This document shows, piece by piece, positions 62,101 through 64,000 of a stretch of DNA of 64,000 nt (positions are counted from its first letter, which is position 1; each line of letters opens with the position of its first letter). The stretch is taken from NCBI GenBank assembly GCA_040954595.2, contig CM082578.2, positions 8,293,519 to 8,357,518 of the forward strand, in the 5' to 3' direction. The translations under genes were made by a program, and so were the position numbers. Origin of the DNA: Balanoglossus misakiensis. Taxonomy: Eukaryota > Animalia > Hemichordata. The notes under the pieces are model-generated. The model had not been told where the DNA came from and ran no database searches. It was given only the letters and a program-made list of their open reading frames with translations.

Positions 62101-63879
62101 GGAGATAACAATGCAGTGTAATACGAGAACAGGAAAATTAATAGTTGCGTAACAGTTGCCTCCTTTGATATCGCGAAAATTTCCTGTTGTGAAAATGTCC
62201 CGTTTTACAGTATAAGTAAGAGAAATAACAGTTAATAATTCAATTCATGTCTTCATGAATGCCAGCTTGTAAGATTTTCTGCCTCATTGCATCGAAAACT
62301 TTGTTCTTTCGTCTACGCACACAGGTCAGAGTTCAAAACCACCACGATTTCCAAGACATCGCCAGCGTTGTGGCCATCACAGATTGCTATGCCACCACGG
62401 AGCCTTACATTGACACCAAGTATGACATACGAATACAGAAAATTGGGTCGAACTACAAGGCATTCATGTAAGTGTGTGGCTTCTTGCGGTGTGTTTAGCG
62501 TGGGTTTCTCTGGGAAATCACACTTTTTTTTCAAATTCAATGTGCCTACGCACTCCATTTCAACTGAATACTTTTTGCATTTACCTGTGTGAGAAATGCT
62601 CATTTAGCATATTTTTCCCTTTCCAGGAGGACCTCTATATCCGGAAACTGGAAAGCCAATACTGGGTCATCAGTATTAGAACAGATAGCAGTAACAGAAA
62701 GGTATAAACTGCTGAATATTGTTATTAATCAAACTTTTTACAAGAAAGTTCCCCTTTCTTTCATTATGAATGTGTAGCATCTGGAGATCCAGTGATCTCG
62801 ATCTGTTTTTATTGTAATTTGATTGTTGCGACTGATTCACCCTCAGTAAAGAACAGGAACACAGGACAGGTGTTGACAAATGTCTTGTTGGTGTTCTGTT
62901 ACGCAGGTTTAAATTCTGGGTGGATGAGTGCAGTGAAATCTTTGGTGGCTTGGATGTGGTTGCCGTGGAGGCCATACATGGAAAAGATGGCAAGGATTAC
63001 ATCATTGAGGTGAGAAGTTCGTCTGAAAGATGATCTGAGTTCTTCACATCACTATATACCACCCTACATTGTCCTGTGAGTACTATAAAGTTTGAAGAAA
63101 AATTCTCTTTTCTCGCTGTTTTTTAAAATCTTGGTTTTTATTTTGGCATGTAGGTGAATGACTGTGCTATGACGTTGCTGGGTGAAAATCAAGAAGAAGA
63201 TCGCCGACAGATTGGAGAACTGGTCTCCCTGAAGATGAACCATCTTGTCAAATCCACCCCACCCTCAATGCGGTAAGCATCTCCCCTCTTTGAAGAAAAA
63301 CAGGGGAATATGGAACATAGTTTTCAACTGCATAGAGGGCGCCCTCCAAACAGAAAAAATCGCAGGGCGCCGTTTCAGCTCAGAAGAATGAGATATGTGC
63401 CCCAATGATGTCATAGGTTCCCAGGGGGCAATGTGTAAATAAATAGCTCAAAAAGTTCAACCGCATTTGACCGTAGCATCACTTACTAACATGTGGCTGT
63501 ATTTTGTCAGACTATTTGGATATGGTCTTTGCACTTACTGGTACTTATATTCTTTTTTTTGCATCGGCACAGCAAGACTCTCTCTGGCCAACAACTTTTA
63601 GCCAGTTCACAAGGCAGCTCACCTACGGCCAGCGGTGCGGGCACACCCAAGAACATCCCCGGTGCCCAGTCTCCAAGCCCACCCAAAGGAGCTACACCGT
63701 CAGCCAGCCCACAGAAACCTTCAACCGCCTCATCGCCCGCCTCCTCCCAGAGGAGTACCCCGTCGTCGACTCAAAGGACTCTGCCAAACCCTCCGCCGAA
63801 GGTTACCCCTCCGGAAGAGGACGACACCTTCAGAAATCTGAAGAGGACCTTTGCCAACATCTTTGGCGACATCAATTGA
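34908..63879 (+). CDS. SYN: Synapsin, spliced CDS of 11 exons: 34908-35143, 39156-39213, 39419-39510, 41300-41456, 42728-42817, 61396-61458, 62325-62467, 62627-62701, 62907-63009, 63154-63272, 63573-63879 (1443 nt, 480 aa)
   Basis: A domain [10 protein letters not shown] with PKA/CaMKI-site Ser9. C-domain motifs [66 protein letters not shown] and [26 protein letters not shown]. Pro/Ser-rich D region, then E domain [20 protein letters not shown]. All introns are GT-AG with compatible phases and the joined frame is open. Confidence 0.97.
39156..39213 (+). CDS. SYN: Synapsin coding exon 2
   Basis: ccctttcAG|G (W)[19 protein letters not shown] |GTGAGA; 58 nt. Confidence 0.96.
39419..39510 (+). 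CDS. SYN: Synapsin coding exon 3
   Basis: gtttacAG| [30 protein letters not shown](R) |GTGAGA; 92 nt. Confidence 0.96.
41300..41456 (+). CDS. SYN: Synapsin coding exon 4
   Basis: tgtatAG| [52 protein letters not shown] |GTAGGT; 157 nt. Confidence 0.96.
42728..42817 (+). CDS. SYN: Synapsin coding exon 5
   Basis: tcaacAG| [30 protein letters not shown] |GTAAGT; 90 nt. Precedes the TIMP-bearing intron. Confidence 0.96.
43385..43433 (-). other. Candidate polyadenylation signals for TIMP-B
   Basis: AATAAA on the minus strand at 43428-43433 and 43385-43390, about 155-200 nt after the stop. Confidence 0.4.
43588..43803 (-). CDS. TIMP: TIMP-B exon 4 (C-terminal domain)
   Basis: TTTCAG| [10 protein letters not shown]...[39 protein letters not shown]. 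Confidence 0.92.
   Translation of the reverse strand: MITCLDHGVCISSTGRRVLPYESGPTPNHKSESCLIYPYFSECHMMYSACVKSSEGTCEWMASKDLKKCMT
43588..46193 (-). CDS. TIMP: TIMP-B, second nested antisense TIMP; exons 46193-46061, 45806-44961, 44505-44375, 43803-43588 (1326 nt, 441 aa)
   Basis: Kozak GCCATGG and signal peptide [27 protein letters not shown], then mature [22 protein letters not shown]. Continues [48 protein letters not shown], and a C-domain ending TCEW. 14 mature Cys; same intron phases as TIMP-A. Confidence 0.94.
44375..44505 (-). CDS. TIMP: TIMP-B exon 3
   Basis: [44 protein letters not shown]; donor GTAAGA. Atypical A8G acceptor with a TACTAAT branch point upstream. Confidence 0.88.
44602..44703. 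mobile_element. Tc1/mariner-pogo-type MITE (102 bp) in TIMP-B intron 2
   Basis: Perfect 14-bp TIR CAGTGAAACCTGTC / GACAGGTTTCACTG; left flank TA, right flank TG. Confidence 0.75.
44840..44923. mobile_element. piggyBac-like (TTAA) MITE, copy 1
   Basis: TTAA-CCCTTTCACC...GGTGAAAGGG-CTAA. Internal TTACCATAGAAAACAATGG..TTTGGAC..AACCATGGTG is shared with the copy at 58759. Confidence 0.75.
44961..45806 (-). CDS. TIMP: TIMP-B exon 2 (VIRAK, 229-aa Glu/Pro-rich loop, through YLFAG)
   Basis: Acceptor CAACAG, donor G|GTAAGA; 846 nt, open frame. Confidence 0.93.
45292..45486 (-). repeat. Coding minisatellite, about 3.5 copies of a 51/57-nt unit encoding (I/V)EVEPQSE(K/T)VEVSPEI(E/D)
   Basis: Near-identical units 'caatttctggcgaaacttcgactttctcactttgtggctcaacttcaa' on the + strand. 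Confidence 0.92.
46061..46193 (-). CDS. TIMP: TIMP-B exon 1
   Basis: ATG at 46193; donor G|GTAAGT; 133 nt. Confidence 0.93.
50064..50246 (-). CDS. TIMP: TIMP-A exon 4 (C-terminal domain)
   Basis: [60 protein letters not shown]; acceptor TTGCAG. Confidence 0.93.
   Translation of the reverse strand: MVPCYGGGCRESADSCTWMPFGPTPDCETLYSKCIERKSGECGWHKNKNFKSCVAVRQEQ
50064..55227 (-). CDS. TIMP: TIMP-A, tissue inhibitor of metalloproteinases nested antisense in synapsin intron 5; exons 55227-55104, 53038-52616, 50934-50810, 50246-50064 (855 nt, 284 aa)
   Basis: Signal peptide [24 protein letters not shown], then mature N-terminus [22 protein letters not shown]. Continues [38 protein letters not shown], and a C-domain ending ECGW. 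14 mature Cys; GT-AG introns, phases 1,1,0. Confidence 0.95.
50810..50934 (-). CDS. TIMP: TIMP-A exon 3
   Basis: [42 protein letters not shown]; acceptor CTGCAG, donor GTAGGT. Confidence 0.93.
52616..53038 (-). CDS. TIMP: TIMP-A exon 2 (VIRAK, 89-aa acidic loop, through YVLSG)
   Basis: Acceptor CTGCAG, donor G|GTAAGA; 423 nt, open frame. Confidence 0.94.
55104..55227 (-). CDS. TIMP: TIMP-A exon 1 (signal peptide plus CSC...HPQ...C)
   Basis: ATG at 55227; donor G|GTGAGT; 124 nt. Confidence 0.93.
55828..55837 (-). promoter_or_regulatory. Perfect CArG box (SRF site) about 600 bp upstream of the TIMP-A ATG
   Basis: Minus strand reads CCATATTAGG, matching CC(A/T)6GG. Function untested. Confidence 0.45.
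58759..58848. mobile_element. piggyBac-like (TTAA) MITE, copy 2
   Basis: TTAACCCTTTCACCCC...TTACCATAGAAAACAATGGATTTGGACCAAACCATGGTGTTGAAAAGGG; clearly homologous to 44840-44923. Confidence 0.7.
59377..59415 (+). CDS. Candidate 39-nt in-frame alternative synapsin exon ([13 protein letters not shown]) within intron 5
   Basis: ~55-nt polypyrimidine tract ending ccgtAG, donor CAG|GTTAGA, phase 0/0 matching intron 5, no stop; ACTAAC cluster upstream. No homology support. Confidence 0.5.
60288..60545 (+). repeat. Degenerate minisatellite, about 7 copies of a GCTGGTGATGGGATAAT-like core with irregular spacing
   Basis: Core variants near 60288, 60342, 60385, 60425, 60462, 60490 and 60528. Confidence 0.7.
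60608..60821. mobile_element. hAT-like MITE candidate
   Basis: 12-bp TIR CAGTGTTTCATC / GATGAAACACTG; no 8-bp TSD recognisable. Confidence 0.5.
61396..61458 (+). CDS. SYN: Synapsin coding exon 6
   Basis: attccAG| [21 protein letters not shown] |GTAAGT; 63 nt. Confidence 0.96.
62011..62210. mobile_element. TA-flanked MITE in synapsin intron 6
   Basis: TA-CTGTAAAAC...GTTTTACAG-TA with internal repeated (C)GCGAAAAT-like motifs. Confidence 0.65.
62325..62467 (+). CDS. SYN: Synapsin coding exon 7
   Basis: cacacAG| [47 protein letters not shown](M) |GTAAGT; 143 nt. Confidence 0.96.
62627..62701 (+). CDS. SYN: Synapsin coding exon 8
   Basis: tttccAG| [24 protein letters not shown](R) |GTATAA; 75 nt. 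Confidence 0.95.
62907..63009 (+). CDS. SYN: Synapsin coding exon 9
   Basis: acgcAG| [34 protein letters not shown] |GTGAGA; 103 nt. Confidence 0.96.
63154..63272 (+). CDS. SYN: Synapsin coding exon 10
   Basis: catgtAG| [39 protein letters not shown](R) |GTAAGC; 119 nt. Confidence 0.93.
63573..63879 (+). CDS. SYN: Synapsin coding exon 11 (D and E domains, stop)
   Basis: Branch-like CTTACTAAC near 63482 and acceptor ggcacAG. Ser/Pro-rich stretch, then [24 protein letters not shown]. Phase 2 matches exon 10. Confidence 0.92.
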
Positions 63880-64000
63880 ACGCCACCTCCCTCCCCCTCC
63901 AAAATAATGGTACATGCCAGGTGTGCTTTGTCCTGGAATTGGCCAGATTTCAAAAGTAGTAGTTATTGGTTTAGTCCAGCTTTGGAGGATGCCAGGTGAT

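Noticed and set aside
63504-63959. Alternative-frame ORFs over the last synapsin exon
   Set aside because: Shadows of GC-rich coding sequence; only one frame matches the exon 10 phase and gives the E domain.

Overview
Eukaryotic (animal) genomic DNA, AT-rich and intron-rich. Repeat style and protein sequences suggest a marine invertebrate deuterostome, but the species cannot be determined from this window. The right half holds a complete synapsin gene on the + strand: 11 coding exons, 34908-63879, 480 aa by hand splicing. Its ~18.6 kb fifth intron (42818-61395) contains two complete, tandem, antisense TIMP (tissue inhibitor of metalloproteinases) genes, each with 4 coding exons: TIMP-A 55227->50064 (284 aa) and TIMP-B 46193->43588 (441 aa). 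Synapsin-Timp nesting is known. The unusual part is that both TIMPs keep every inhibitory hallmark yet carry a very large acidic insertion at the same site, the AB loop (89 aa and 229 aa, versus about 13-20 aa in human TIMP-1/2). The same intron also holds a candidate 39-nt in-frame synapsin cassette exon behind a cluster of ACTAAC motifs. The left 34.9 kb has no recognisable coding gene. It contains candidate non-coding 5' exons, a ~2 kb non-autonomous Helentron-like element with internal repeats, several MITEs and simple repeats. All coordinates and alignments were done by eye.
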